Translations under genes and position numbers: made by a program
From: Tortispora ganteri
Taxonomy: Eukaryota
Assembly (NCBI GenBank): GCA_003707115.1
Contig: PPNB01000006.1
Coordinates: 124,001 to 188,000, forward strand
Direction of reading: 5' to 3'
DNA length: 64,000 bases
Notes under the pieces: model-generated
Told to the model about the DNA's origin: nothing
Databases searched by the model: none
What the model saw: only the letters and a program-made list of their open reading frames with translations
Part shown: in pieces, positions 10,768 to 23,012 of the stretch
Numbering within the stretch: the first letter of the stretch is position 1
Layout: each line of letters starts with the position of its first letter

Positions 10768-12294
10768 TCATATTGTAAATATCAGAAAAATGTATGTAAA
10801 AATGCCAACGAGAACAATACCTGCTCCGTTCTTAATAAATTGTCTCATGAATCCCACGTTAGCGCTGCTATTCTTCTTCTTAGGAGAGTATCCATCTCTG
10901 GTGCTCGTCGGCAGAATAGACCCTGGTACCGTTCGCCTTAGGTTGCGTTTAGTGTATATAGCGACTATGATAAATGTCAAGATACCCAGAATTCCGTACA
11001 TAGTAAAAACGTCATACTGTCCAGGTAGGTTGCATATACGCGTTTGAAACGTTGGGGTATCAATTTCCTGTCCATCGTTCAGAAGTTTTGAGTTTTGGTG
11101 GTAGTCTGTTTCTTTATTTGGAGAGAGATACATTCCTCTGGTAAGTGGCTCGTGCGGATTATATAACGATATCATTTGGAATGCAGGATAATTAATGCCC
11201 ATTGCAAGGGAAAAACTTTTGACGTTTATTTCGTCAACTCGTCTTGCAGTGGCTTCTTCCCGCCAATGTGTGACATGGCAATAATCGTGGTCATCGCCAG
11301 AAAACACCCATACGGGTTCAACAGCATCTAGAATGTGTCGAGATAACTTTTCAGAAATGATATTCTCGTATTGATATCCCTTTCCGTATGATACAGGCTT
11401 GGAGCTCTCTCGTAAAGGGCCACAACTGGTCCCTTGTGGTCTAAAAAGAGGCACATGTGTAAGTAATATGCGAGGATATGTTTCCAGCCGCGCTGTTAAA
11501 TCTTCTAGGAACCCATGGACTGGGCCATATATTTCATTGTCTTTGGTATTAGACATTGATATGGTATCTAGGAGAACAAATGAATGATTTCCTATAACAA
11601 TCTCTCGGGATGTTTCACCAAAATACGTTTTGAAACGGGCGAGCGCTTCAGGACGAATTGTATCTGAAAATCCAATGTCATGGTTTCCGGGAAGTGACAT
11701 AATGAGTGAATCTTGATTTGGGGCTTTGAATATAGATTTGAAACGGTTATACTCGACTAGCCATGGCTCTAAATCCCATTCGCGACCGCCGTCAAACAAG
11801 TCACCCAGAAATATGGTGCGATCAGGTTGGAGTCGAGACTGCAAGTATTTAAAATTTCTTCGCATGTATAAATCTGCATAAAATTCTGTAATCGTTTCCA
11901 GTATAGGATTCCTACCAGGATATGTGTTCTTGTCAACGATCTGAGGATCGGCGATTAATGCAACGTGCGTGGGATCTGAATTTTTGTCCCATTTTTCCCA
12001 TGAGTTCCATCGGCATTGATATATAGCCGACTTCCATATGTATCTTTCGTAATAATAGATAATGAAGACCCACAACACCTGGAGCCAGTTGAGGAAAGAA
12101 AAGCGGCGTCTTCTGCTAGAAAGACACCATCTGCTTACTACCCCTGACGAAGTAGCTGAGAAAGTGTTCATAGGGTATCGAGTAGAATTTGGTCGCATAA
12201 AGGGTGCAATTCTTCCAAACATGTTATTTCCCCGCCTTTGTGGCAGGAGTTTCTTTTGCTGGGCTTGATTGCCCGCCAATCTGTTAACATCCAT
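10768..12294 (-). CDS. CDC1: Cdc1 Mn-dependent metallophosphoesterase (GPI remodelling)
   Basis: ADPQIVD, FLGDLFDGGR, PGNHDIG, THVPL and FSGDDHDYC motifs plus TM segments. Confidence 0.92.
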   Translation of the reverse strand: MDVNRLAGNQAQQKKLLPQRRGNNMFGRIAPFMRPNSTRYPMNTFSATSSGVVSRWCLSSRRRRFSFLNWLQVLWVFIIYYYERYIWKSAIYQCRWNSWEKWDKNSDPTHVALIADPQIVDKNTYPGRNPILETITEFYADLYMRRNFKYLQSRLQPDRTIFLGDLFDGGREWDLEPWLVEYNRFKSIFKAPNQDSLIMSLPGNHDIGFSDTIRPEALARFKTYFGETSREIVIGNHSFVLLDTISMSNTKDNEIYGPVHGFLEDLTARLETYPRILLTHVPLFRPQGTSCGPLRESSKPVSYGKGYQYENIISEKLSRHILDAVEPVWVFSGDDHDYCHVTHWREEATARRVDEINVKSFSLAMGINYPAFQMISLYNPHEPLTRGMYLSPNKETDYHQNSKLLNDGQEIDTPTFQTRICNLPGQYDVFTMYGILGILTFIIVAIYTKRNLRRTVPGSILPTSTRDGYSPKKKNSSANVGFMRQFIKNGAGIVLVGIFTYIFLIFTI

Positions 12295-12478
12295 GAGTAG
12301 TGAATGCTATTTGACAGGTGAGTGTTTGCTAATAAGGCTAAGAAGGTGCGTTGCTTCGCTGATAAAGTTTCTTGAGGAAAGGGGTTGGCATTGTTACCCA
12401 GCCAAGAATGGCACTATATATAGAATGAGAATTCAACATAATAAACGTACCATTATTCTTCTGAAGCAACTAGAAATA

Positions 12479-14074
12479 TTACATGAAGTTGGCAATTCCC
12501 GCATCTCCTGCCACAATTTTTTCTGGGTCTTTGCTGCGACACTGTTGGCAGTACCATGCTGATATATCACCCGTTGAATGCACCCTCTCGTATATATAAA
12601 TTGAGTCTCCAAGTGTCAATGTTCTGCCCACAAGCGTTTCATACCCTTTGAAAGATCTTTCAGTCAGTATCTGTTGCGCAAATTCTTTGAGCGGATCAAG
12701 TGAGACTCCGTGCATAGCTATTACTATGTGGCGCAGTACCCATGAATCGGTCGAATTAAGTATAAGTGCGTAAGGCTCCGATGCGACTGAGACCAAAGCG
12801 AAGTCATATAGACCTTTATTCCATTCTTCACGAAAGTCTTCTTCGTTTTCGGTTTTATAATAGGTCCAAATTGGCTCGTTGCTCTGTCCAAACTCAGTGG
12901 CACCAGTCATACACGTGAATACATCCATGTAAACCGCAACAGGCATGTTGGCAGGAGCCATCTGATTGACTGCTTGCAAAGCGTAGCCACCAGGGTAATT
13001 ATATGAAGAAGCGTATGCTTTGAATAGTGAAGCCATCAGTGACAGACCTGTTACTGCAGTCAGTGCCAACTTAAATAGACGCTGTCCCAGAGCACCATGA
13101 ATAACCAGAGGTACTTTTTGTACTCCATCGGCCGCCGCAAGGGTTATAATAGGGACTATATAGACTATAAACCTCCATTCTTTGTGTCCGATAAACGAAT
13201 AAAGTGTTGTGTATGCAATAGCAGCATATGTGAGGCGATTGAGTATGCTGTTGCGAGTCACGGAGAAAATTGCTAAAGCCAAAGTAGCAGGATTGGCCAG
13301 TAGAAGCGGCAGGTACAGCTGGAAGTATGTGCTAAACGGTTGGACTCCCCAGTCGTTGCTTTTATGCGCCACTATGTTGAAGAGAAAAGAATAGAGCTCG
13401 GGAAATATAAAAGGCTGCTGCCAGAAGTAGGAGTCGATTGCCACTGTGACAAAGGTAGCGCATATAGCAGATATAATTGCGGCCTTTATAAGTGCTTTCA
13501 GTTTCTTGTAATTGCCAAACGTGGTCGCAAGCGTTATTGTGCCAGCGAATACCAACAGCTCAGCTCTCAGTGTTACACCAGCGAAGACAAGCAGACAGAT
13601 AGCTCTTTTGTACTTGTTTCTCAAGAGCAACGCTAGAGAAGCCCACACAAAGGGGAACGCTATGAAGTTAGGAAGAGTTCTTGAGGCATAGAAGATTATG
13701 TGAAATTGTGATAATTGCAATAGAATGTACCAGTTGGCAGTGGATGTATTGAAGACAGTCTTTACGGTGTTATAGAAAAAGATCAAGCCGATTGCATTAA
13801 AAGCACCTAGACATGCTCGTGAAGCCGCCTGAAGGTCCAATCCAGATACTCCCAAATATTTTAAAGGCTTTAAAAGCAATGCAATGATTAACGAGCCCAA
13901 AAAAGATCGTGGTACTGCACCGGGAAACGATAAGTGATCATACCGATCTATATTTTTGCCGTAATACAAAATATCATGAATAGCTTGTATATTAAAGGAC
14001 TCTTCAACTTTTGTAAAAGGAGCTAGAGAAGAATAAAATTGAATCAACAATGTAACTATTAATTCTATAATCAT
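12479..14074 (-). CDS. ALG12: Dol-P-Man alpha-1,6-mannosyltransferase Alg12
   Basis: APFTKVEESFNIQAIHD, YDHLSFPGAVPRSF, FYASRTLPN, HKEWRF and NYPGG motifs. Confidence 0.95.
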   Translation of the reverse strand: MIIELIVTLLIQFYSSLAPFTKVEESFNIQAIHDILYYGKNIDRYDHLSFPGAVPRSFLGSLIIALLLKPLKYLGVSGLDLQAASRACLGAFNAIGLIFFYNTVKTVFNTSTANWYILLQLSQFHIIFYASRTLPNFIAFPFVWASLALLLRNKYKRAICLLVFAGVTLRAELLVFAGTITLATTFGNYKKLKALIKAAIISAICATFVTVAIDSYFWQQPFIFPELYSFLFNIVAHKSNDWGVQPFSTYFQLYLPLLLANPATLALAIFSVTRNSILNRLTYAAIAYTTLYSFIGHKEWRFIVYIVPIITLAAADGVQKVPLVIHGALGQRLFKLALTAVTGLSLMASLFKAYASSYNYPGGYALQAVNQMAPANMPVAVYMDVFTCMTGATEFGQSNEPIWTYYKTENEEDFREEWNKGLYDFALVSVASEPYALILNSTDSWVLRHIVIAMHGVSLDPLKEFAQQILTERSFKGYETLVGRTLTLGDSIYIYERVHSTGDISAWYCQQCRSKDPEKIVAGDAGIANFM

Positions 14075-14682
14075 TCTATATGGCAGTGACTTGGTCGTAG
14101 TAAAGGTTTAGTGAGTCCGTCCGCCCAACATTTCCACTTACACTTAGATTTCGACATGATGCTGGCTTTCGGTCTAATACAGCTAATAAAATGTACAGTT
14201 CCTTTAATTTCGCAGTTCATTAAATTGCCTATATTAACTAACGTGTATTTTTAGTCCTGACATTATTGGCTAATGCCGTAGTTATTCTATCTGAAGATCG
14301 ATTCTTAGCAAGAAGTAAGTCAAACGCGCACATTGTCATCAGCCATTCACCCCCTTACTAACTATATATAGTCGGCTGGATAAACCATCCTTCTGACCAA
14401 TTCTCGACAAATAATGATAATGTAATGCACAGATTAATGGAAGTCATAAAAAGTCTGCGGACCGTCTTAAGAAGTAAGTACTTGCTCATATATACATACA
14501 CATAGGGCGGTATACGCACCTCCTACCTTTTTTCGCTTATCATTGCTAACTCTTCCCCTCCCACACAGTTCCTCTAGTAGGGATAAATACCATACTAATA
14601 ATTTACGAATTGGCTCTAGGCTGATAAATAAGCTGATCGGTTCTTTTATCTCGGTTTAAAATTATATATAATAATGCCTTAA

Positions 14683-17600
14683 TTATACCATTTTCTCTCC
14701 AACTAGTGGCCCAGATGGTACGTCCTTAGCTGCTGGCACTGCACTCTTCTCAAATGATTTGGCAATTGACATGTATTGCGAAAATGGCGTAATGGCGCCT
14801 TGTTCAAGATCATTGGTTGGGTCATGCGCCAGTTCGTCCTTGATGTAATGTCTGAAAACAAACCGCTTCGTAGCCTTGTATGCTTCGGCCAGGGTAACAA
14901 ATACAAGCAGTCCAATTATAGATACTGCCCATTGCCATCCGATAGGTGAGTGCATAAATACAATGGTATTTATCACAGGCACGTAAATGGTAACAAACAA
15001 TGAGCAGAAACCCAGAATAACAGACCAGAACAGAAATTGGTTTCTCCAAATGTCAAAAAATGGTTGCTTCCATGGAGTTGTAGTATCTGGGTTCATGCGG
15101 AAGAATGATCGACGAGGGTGTATTACTTCCCATGCCAAAAGGAGCATACATCCTGTTAATTCAACAAATGTAGCAGATCTGGCTTGAAAAACTAACTTGC
15201 AGGCATCAGAGTATTCTTGGTTGCAGTTGAAACCCAAATTTCCATCTCCAAATCCGTAAACAAGAATAACAAATGAGACCAAACAAATTCCTCCAATAAT
15301 TATTCCATACGAAAACATATCAATGATCACTTCCCATGTAAACACACCAACTCGAGCATCCTTGGGTGGCTTATCCATCACATCGGGTGTTGCTGGCTCT
15401 GCTCCAAGTCCCATAGCGGGAAATGAAGAGGTGATCATAATAACCCACAAAACTTCAACAGGAGACAACGGGAAAACTGACAAACCATCCTCGTCTTGGA
15501 AAGCAAGGCCGCATAGCAAATAAAGTGCCTGTGCAACATTTCCACCAAGCAAGTGTAATACAAACTTCTGAATATTATCTGACATGCGTCTTCCTTCTTC
15601 AATCGCATTAAGAATAGAAGCAAAGTTGTCATCTGTTAACACAATATCTGAAGCACTTTTAGCCACATCAGATCCGGCCATACCCATGGCAATTCCAACG
15701 TCGGCCTTCTTTAACGATGGGGAATCATTAACACCGTCACCAGTCATTGCAGCAAACATCTTTCGACGATGAAGAGCCTCGATCATACGAACTTTGGTCT
15801 GAGGAGCACATCTAGCAATAACAAGAGGGAGTACAGGGAGGTCATCAATTTCATCATCACTCAACGCATCGAACTGAGGTGCGGTCATGACCATCGCATT
15901 AACAACCTCACGAGAGTAGTTGTGAATATCTTTAGGAACAATACCTACTTCTTTCGCAATAGCCTTCGCAGTGCCAGGGTGATCACCAGTAAGCATGTGT
16001 ACATTGATTCCAGCATGATGGCACTTAGCCACAGCACCAGCGCTTTCTAAGCGTGGAGGATCATATATTCCAACTAGACCCAAGAAAGTTAAATCACATT
16101 CAACCTTGTCTCGAGGAATTTCATTCCAGTTCTCAGTTCCTGTATAGCTCCAGTTACCTTCCGCAAATGAAAGCACGCGAAGACCTTCCGAAGCCATAGC
16201 TTCCATTTGAGCCAAAATAATACTGTGCTCCTCTTCGTTTAAAGGATGACGAGTCATATCGGTTTGTCCATATTCGCAGCCATACCAATGACTGCAGCAT
16301 TCAAGAACGCGCTCGACAGCTCCTTTAGAGAAAATTCGATATTCTCCGAAGCCCAATCCATCTTGGGGAGAACTTCCGTACTGGTTGTCCTTGTATATCG
16401 TAGACATACGCTTGATCGAAGAGTCGAAAGGAAACTCGGATAGAAGAGTGTAGCGAGCATCATCACCTTCAGTCCAGCGAGAACGAGCCCAGTCCATTCT
16501 ATGAGCACCAACTTGAATTGCGATTTCAGTCGGATCTCCATTGGCTTTCCATTCTGACGTTTCTCTGTCCTGACGAATTACAGCGATATTAGCTAACGAT
16601 GCAGAATTGAGGAAGCTGATAAATCGAGGGTGCTTCTCATTCGGAATTTCATCATAATCAACTTTGCCATCATTATCGCGAGCTTCCTTGGCGATATCAT
16701 GAGGATCTTTCGGTGCAAAAACAGTAGAACCAATCGTAGGATTGTAAGGTTCAGTGGTACCAGATATCTGGTAAGTTCCGTGTCCAGGGATCCACATAGA
16801 ACGTAGAACCATCTTTCCTTGTGTAAGGGTACCAGTCTTATCCGAGCAGATATCATTTACAGCGCCAAGTGCTTCTAGAGAATCTAACTTTCGAACAATG
16901 ACATTCCGTCTAACCATTGCTTTAGTGCCTACAGCCATTGTAATGGTAAGCACAACAACCAGTGAAGCAGGGATCATCGACAAAGCGGTCGCAATAGCAT
17001 AAATGGCAACAGCGGATGTAACATGAAATTTGTTAGCGGCCATTACCACAATTGCAAAAACAACGGCAACAAAAAACAAATAAATAGCAAGTTTGGAGAG
17101 CTTTCGGTGAAGAGGTGTACCAACATTTAATCCTAAGAATCTGCCGATCTCGTCACCAACTGAGTAGCAGAATGCTTTTGAGCGATCGCGCTTGCGGATC
17201 CTACCAGATTCGTCAGGCATGACAGGACGCATGCGCTGTCTCTTGCCACTCAAGCTTTCGGCAATCTTACCAATCTCGGTCTTCATACCAGTACCTACTA
17301 CAATTCCGGTAGCACGGCCCTTTGTGACGATAGAGGAAGAAAATGCCATGTTTGATCGATCTCCAACGGGAATAATCTTGTCGAATACGATATCACCATG
17401 CTTAGCCACAGGAAGAGATTCACCGGTAAGTAAAGCTTCATCAGCCTCAAAGTTCATTGATTCAGTAATTCGAATATCAGCAGGCACTGTATCACCTACC
17501 TTAACTTGGCAGATATCGCCAGGAACGAGTTCCATTGAAGGAACGACCAAAGCATCGCCATTGCGAATGACGTGGGCGGTTGGAGAAGAGAGTGACTTCA

Positions 17601-18099
17601 ATGAATCCATGATCTTCTCAGCGTTGAACTCCTGATAGAATCCAACTACAATATTAATGAAAATAACGGCAGCAATGACACCACCAGAAATCCAATCACG
17701 AATACCAAAAGATATGGCCATGGCAATCACTAAGACTAGTGTCATGGCATTGACCACTTGGGCCAGCAATATTTGCCATGCTGATGAGCCACCGCCCGCA
17801 TCTAATTGGTTCTGACCATGTATATTCAAACGCTCCTTCGCTTCGGCATTTGATAAGCCATTCACGATGTCAGTATTGAACTCTTTAGCCAGATCATCTA
17901 CCGACCAGCAATAGTAATCGTTAGGACCAGGGGCCTGAGGTGCTTCTGGCTCAGCTGAAGAGAACTGACTAAACTTTCGAGTAGTGGTTGAATTGGAATA
18001 GGTAGACGCACTGTCTGATGTGCCGTTTGTTTCAGCAGTAGGGCGTTCAGGGTGCTTACTCCCATGGAATTTTACAGAGGTTGTTGCATCATCCCCCAT
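14683..18099 (-). CDS. ENA1: P-type IID Na+/K+ efflux ATPase
   Basis: LTGES, CSDKTGTLTQGKM, MLTGDHP, TGDGVNDSP; GTPLHRKLSKLA and GDGNLG-x-NCN are ENA-type signatures. Confidence 0.95.
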   Translation of the reverse strand: MGDDATTSVKFHGSKHPERPTAETNGTSDSASTYSNSTTTRKFSQFSSAEPEAPQAPGPNDYYCWSVDDLAKEFNTDIVNGLSNAEAKERLNIHGQNQLDAGGGSSAWQILLAQVVNAMTLVLVIAMAISFGIRDWISGGVIAAVIFINIVVGFYQEFNAEKIMDSLKSLSSPTAHVIRNGDALVVPSMELVPGDICQVKVGDTVPADIRITESMNFEADEALLTGESLPVAKHGDIVFDKIIPVGDRSNMAFSSSIVTKGRATGIVVGTGMKTEIGKIAESLSGKRQRMRPVMPDESGRIRKRDRSKAFCYSVGDEIGRFLGLNVGTPLHRKLSKLAIYLFFVAVVFAIVVMAANKFHVTSAVAIYAIATALSMIPASLVVVLTITMAVGTKAMVRRNVIVRKLDSLEALGAVNDICSDKTGTLTQGKMVLRSMWIPGHGTYQISGTTEPYNPTIGSTVFAPKDPHDIAKEARDNDGKVDYDEIPNEKHPRFISFLNSASLANIAVIRQDRETSEWKANGDPTEIAIQVGAHRMDWARSRWTEGDDARYTLLSEFPFDSSIKRMSTIYKDNQYGSSPQDGLGFGEYRIFSKGAVERVLECCSHWYGCEYGQTDMTRHPLNEEEHSIILAQMEAMASEGLRVLSFAEGNWSYTGTENWNEIPRDKVECDLTFLGLVGIYDPPRLESAGAVAKCHHAGINVHMLTGDHPGTAKAIAKEVGIVPKDIHNYSREVVNAMVMTAPQFDALSDDEIDDLPVLPLVIARCAPQTKVRMIEALHRRKMFAAMTGDGVNDSPSLKKADVGIAMGMAGSDVAKSASDIVLTDDNFASILNAIEEGRRMSDNIQKFVLHLLGGNVAQALYLLCGLAFQDEDGLSVFPLSPVEVLWVIMITSSFPAMGLGAEPATPDVMDKPPKDARVGVFTWEVIIDMFSYGIIIGGICLVSFVILVYGFGDGNLGFNCNQEYSDACKLVFQARSATFVELTGCMLLLAWEVIHPRRSFFRMNPDTTTPWKQPFFDIWRNQFLFWSVILGFCSLFVTIYVPVINTIVFMHSPIGWQWAVSIIGLLVFVTLAEAYKATKRFVFRHYIKDELAHDPTNDLEQGAITPFSQYMSIAKSFEKSAVPAAKDVPSGPLVGEKMV

Positions 18100-18409
18100 G
18101 TCAATTAGGCTAGGCGATTTTGTTCAAGGATACGGTTATCTATAAAGTGAAAACAAAAGAAAAATGATAAATTATCCCACACTGCGGAAAGATAGATGGA
18201 TCAAGTGACTGGAAGGAAACGACTATGTAAACTTGTACGTGTCGAATCGTAAACCTGCAATGTCTGAAAAATTGAAGACTATCCAAGTAAAATGAGAATC
18301 GATATCAACCTGTTTAAAGTTAAAACAGATTTATAGCTCTAATAAAACGAGAAAATCAAAGTAGTTTACCTGTATATACAAGTCTACGTACGTAGTACTA
18401 TAAAGATCC

Positions 18410-19340
18410 CTTGGCTGTGCGCAGGTGTTTCAACTATTTATACCCCATCGATTCTAATAATTTACCCTAACCATAACCTAATAACTGTTATCTCGAAACT
18501 TAAACGCACGTGACTGCCAAGCGGCTCCTGAATGGTAGGTGCTGTAACGGATACTTAGAGAAATTTTACAAGATTTATGGATAATACATTGTTGCAAATA
18601 TATCGTATATTTTAAATGGGTACCATGCGTACTTTTTGGGGTGTGATTTACAGTTTGCTGGGCATAACTATGAAACCGTATCTCCTTTGCTCGTATGTCA
18701 TGAACTATCGTGAAGCAACTGAACTTTATTTGGTGGGAAATGCCAATTTAGTAAAAATATAAAAGCTAATTTCTATTGGGCCAATTGAAAGTAGTTGTTA
18801 TCTTGTCCGCCCCCAAGCCTTCCTTCTGCTACAGGAAGCAGCCGGTTACTGCGCCAAGGACAAAAGTGCGATTCTGGTTTTCGTATCACCGTTCTGAGAT
18901 TCAACGGCCAAATATATCGGCTTTTTTTCATGATGTATACTAGTATACTAGTATAAAGGACATAATATGATAAAGTCAAATTGATGCAGCAATTTATGCT
19001 GAAGCGAGGATCAAATAAGATTGGGAGGAATATTCTAATCCTTAACCCAAACCAATTCGTTGTGAGGAAAAACGCTACCGTAACGTAAGATTCTTGGGAG
19101 TTTAGACAAAGAAAGTAATAATCCCACCTAATAGAGGCCCCACAATTCCCATGTGATGCACCCGTATAGAAACAGGATAGCAGTATGGAGAAAGTGCTCA
19201 TTTACTATAATGAGATGCATTTTAGCATGAGACCCGGGTGGACTCCCATAGGTTATCGAAACGAGTTAACAGCTAATTCAGGAAGAGTACAACAGGATTA
19301 GACCATATAGATAAGACTCCTGCAATAGGGCAATGCCAAG
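18410..19340. promoter_or_regulatory. Four Rim101/PacC GCCAAG sites plus a CACGTGAC E-box upstream of ENA
   Basis: CTTGGC 18410-18415, TGCCAAG 18515-18521, GCCAAG 18853-18858, TGCCAAG 19334-19340; CACGTGAC 18507-18514. Confidence 0.6.
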
Positions 19341-20280
19341 ACATTTCGCGGGTATTTTCCTTCCTTTTCCACCGAGTGGCTGCATCCATCGGGAATAATA
19401 CGGTGCAGTGCAATAAGACGGATTCTTTTACTTTTAGAGGTCATTTCATAGTCTCAAAGAACCAACGTGCTGTGCGGCATCCAATCGAGTGCAAATTGAT
19501 ATGACTTTCTTGAAGAACACTCGTACGGCTGTGAATGACCGGCTGGTTCATCTGTTCGTCCAGGGCAGGTTAACTCCGGCCACCCAATGCAATAAATTTC
19601 AAAGAGAAAATCGAGTTAGATTCGGTTCTCGATCGAAAGCCGATTATCGCAGCTGAATTGTCATTGCCTTCGTATGAGACTTGAATATAGTTTTTTGCTA
19701 AGCATTCTAGCAAATCGCGAGTGCAACATACGCACTGAGTAAACGTTAAAAATACGAGTTGGCCGGGGTATAGGGGAGGTGGGTAAGGGTCCATCTGTCG
19801 GATTCAGAAAGATCCCTCGTCCTTGCCATGGCGTTACGCGTCAGTATACCTTCGTGCGATTTTGTATGATCTTCAAATAAATCAATTGCAAACGGGCAAG
19901 CTAGGTCTTTGTCACAATTTCGCACTGAGAAAACCGTTATACTGAAAGCTGTTTCATGCATGGGTGACCATACTTCATTTACATCCGCCTCTATGGGTTA
20001 TTAAAACTGCGCTGTCGGTTTCGGATCCCTGCAAACAAAACGTCAAACGAAACATGACTCCATTTGCGACTACCGGAAATATGTGGCAAACCCATCATGT
20101 GAGATTACAGCGTCCAATCTCAGACAATTGATGTACATCTCGTAGTGGATCTCACAATGTATGCATCGTGCAAGGCATAGAGATGATTGGTAGTATCATC
20201 TTGCGTGTCTCTAATTTGTCTTTCCAATTTATAGAAGTAGATGCAGTCACTTGAAGTTAGTGCTGTAAGTGCTGCTCATT

Positions 20281-22344
20281 TCATGATGCAGACGACTTCT
20301 TTTTAAATAGGCCAAGTCCGCGACTTTTCTTCGGCTTATTGACAGACGTTTGATCGCCGTTCTCGCTCAAAGGTGCTGGCTGTGTTTGCTTTGCAGGCAG
20401 CTCTTCAGGCACACGAGATACAGCAGTTGAAAACCCACCATTCTTGGGCTTGGAGGTAACACCGCTGTTGGGTGACAGATCGCCATCTTGGTGGATGTTC
20501 TCATCTATGCCATTTGATGTAGAGGCAGCATCAATCTGAGGATCGCTAACTGTTCGAGTCAGATGCAATCCTGATGTAGTTGAATTAGAAGTAACACGAT
20601 GTACTGTTGACGGCGAAAGTGGTGCAACAGCATTTAAGTCAAGTGGTTCGAGCCTGCTCGCATCAAACTCATCTTCTGATACCTCTTGATAGAATAGCAC
20701 ATAGGCTGACGCTAACCCTGGCATGTCGCCGAAGAAATTAGTGACATAGTCATCACTGACTTTCTCTACCATTTCGTCGTCAAATAAGAACCACCCATTT
20801 TTTTCGGTCTTGATGACTGCAACATAATGACCATGATAGGGTCCGCCTCCTATATGTATGATGGCTGCGTACAGTTCATATAGCCTTTCTGCCCGTTCTG
20901 CGTCGTCTGTGGTGTTCGTGAGCCGCAGATTATACGGGAACTGGATTCTGTGAAACAATTTTACGTTCCTTTGGTGTTCTTCAGAATATTTGAACCGTTT
21001 GAGATGTAAGGCTAGTACCTTGGGCAGTCTTTTGATTTTCATCCTTTTCTCCGCCTCTTGTAGGCCTCCACAGCAGTCGCAATGAAATTTATTTCTTTCG
21101 CATAACATTTCAGAAGCAGAAAATTGTCTCAGACAAGAGGTTACTGATGTATTCTTATCTAAATCAATAGACAAGTCAAGAAATTCTTCGTCTCTGCTAG
21201 AGACGTTTTCACATGTTAGACATCTCGTTTCGGATGTGAGCACACCTTGGAAGATTTCGTGGACCCATTGTGTATTTGTATTAGAGCCATTATTTCGGCT
21301 ATATGTTTCAACGGCATCTATGACTTCATTCAACAATAGGTTGAAGAATTCGTGAGCATCTTGGTGCATTGAAGACCGGAATAGCTCATTTTCTTTTTTC
21401 AGAACTTCAATTAGTCTAGAAGGTGTGACAACACCTATTCTTGAATATGACTCAGCCATACATTCAAATATATCTTTGAGACAGGTAAAAAGAGACTCTT
21501 TCATATTGTATTCTTCGCTTAAGCCGTGATCAACGTTGAGTATAGGACCTCTGAGTATTGCCACTCTTTTGCGCTGTTCTACGGTTAGAATCTGCATAGC
21601 GCCCGTATCGTCTGGGTAAATGTGAGTTGTAGGTGGCACTATTGCCGCAATAGGTATCGGGCCGGCTCCTACAACCATGCCCTTTTTAAGTAGTTGCTGC
21701 GACAGATCTGGAAGATTGCTGTGGTAGCCACATATTCCCACGGCCCGTTTACCATTTGTGGCGTCTTTAGCAGAAGAGTTGGCTTCGCTTGTATTCGTTA
21801 TCGTGCTTGAACCGCGGCGAAGTAAAGACGGGAAATTATCTGAGGATTTTCTAGAAGAGTCGGACGACTTGGAGTTAGACGATGTAGTTCCGTTTGACGA
21901 GCCTGGTGCCGATGCTGATTCAGCGCCGATTTGTGCTGAAAGTGGGATATTTGGGTCGATCGTAGTGAACAGATGACGCTTTTTTCCGGGCATAGACAGC
22001 TTTACGGTTCTGTTGGGGACATTAGGGAAGCTGAGTATAGCTTCTCTGAGAGGTTTCGTGTAGTAAAGACATTGCAGGACCGAATTACAGTAGCAGGTGT
22101 TACCAAAATTCTCGATACCGAAGAATTTGTCTGAGGGTCCAAATTCACAAGGAACGAGCGGATCAGGAACCGGTGGTAATGATTTCTGAAAATTGCTGAG
22201 CTTTGTAGGCGTTGCTGGATTCGCGGGGGTATCCTTGACCACGTTGCTTACTGAGGGATTCTTTGACATCAGAGGTTAGCAGTGTTCTTAGCACTATAAC
22301 GAATGATTTCTACTTACATTGTTTTTCTTCTTAAAGAATGACAT
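20281..22344 (-). CDS. UBP13: Ubiquitin-specific protease Ubp9/Ubp13/CreB (USP12/46 family); exons 22344-22318 and 22260-20281
   Basis: Cys box [23 protein letters not shown], His box GPYHGHY. Exon 1 (MSFFKKKNN) joins in phase 0 across an intron at 22317-22261 (GTAAGT...GCTAAC...AAG). Confidence 0.88.
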
Positions 22345-23012
22345 TATGAATGAATAATAAAATAATAGCGTCGATTACCCGCAGTTGCGTGTGGTTAGCA
22401 GATGCTCTGGAAGGAATCAACTGATGCTTAATGATTATACGTTGTGGGAGTTAGCAACGGTCAATAGAGGCGCAGGATTGGTGTATTTAAACCCATTCTG
22501 AAGACCGGATCCCCACCCTCCCCACCCAGCAGAATAGCTGAACACATGGACAGCCCATAGTATGATCCAAGTGAATGCTGTATTCTTTCGTCCATGACCT
22601 CTTTTGTTGTTTTTATATTGTATAACAATTTTATCAGATCTTTGACTGCTCAATTCTTTCTCATCACTGCCAATTAGTCCTTAACATGACTCTCGCGGTC
22701 AAAAAAATGCGGTAACCCCTCCCCCAATGATCTTCCTTTAGGGCACATATCACTCGAGATTCGTTTACTTTAGCTTTAGCCTTAGCGACTGTATGAGTTC
22801 CTCGTTCCATCGTGTGGTTACTGTCCTCTAGCTATCTTGTGATTTGCAGATGCTGTATATGTACACATTATAAGACCCTTATGTATCCCTTCGTTTGGTG
22901 GCCCCTAGAAGGCCGCTTAGAGCAGCAGAAGATGCTATGAGAGGACGCACTTTGCTAACACTGTTCACTGACACGGTTGGTATCTCTCTGTTGCACTCTA
23001 CCTTTTTAGCAG

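Noticed and set aside
18465..18481. Telomere-like CCCTAACCATAACCTAA (and AGGGTTAAGGGTTAA near 55558)
   Set aside because: Too short and degenerate for interstitial telomeres; at most these are promoter motifs.
18773..19201. 142-aa ORF in the ENA upstream region
   Set aside because: Composition looks like non-coding DNA and it overlaps the promoter motifs.
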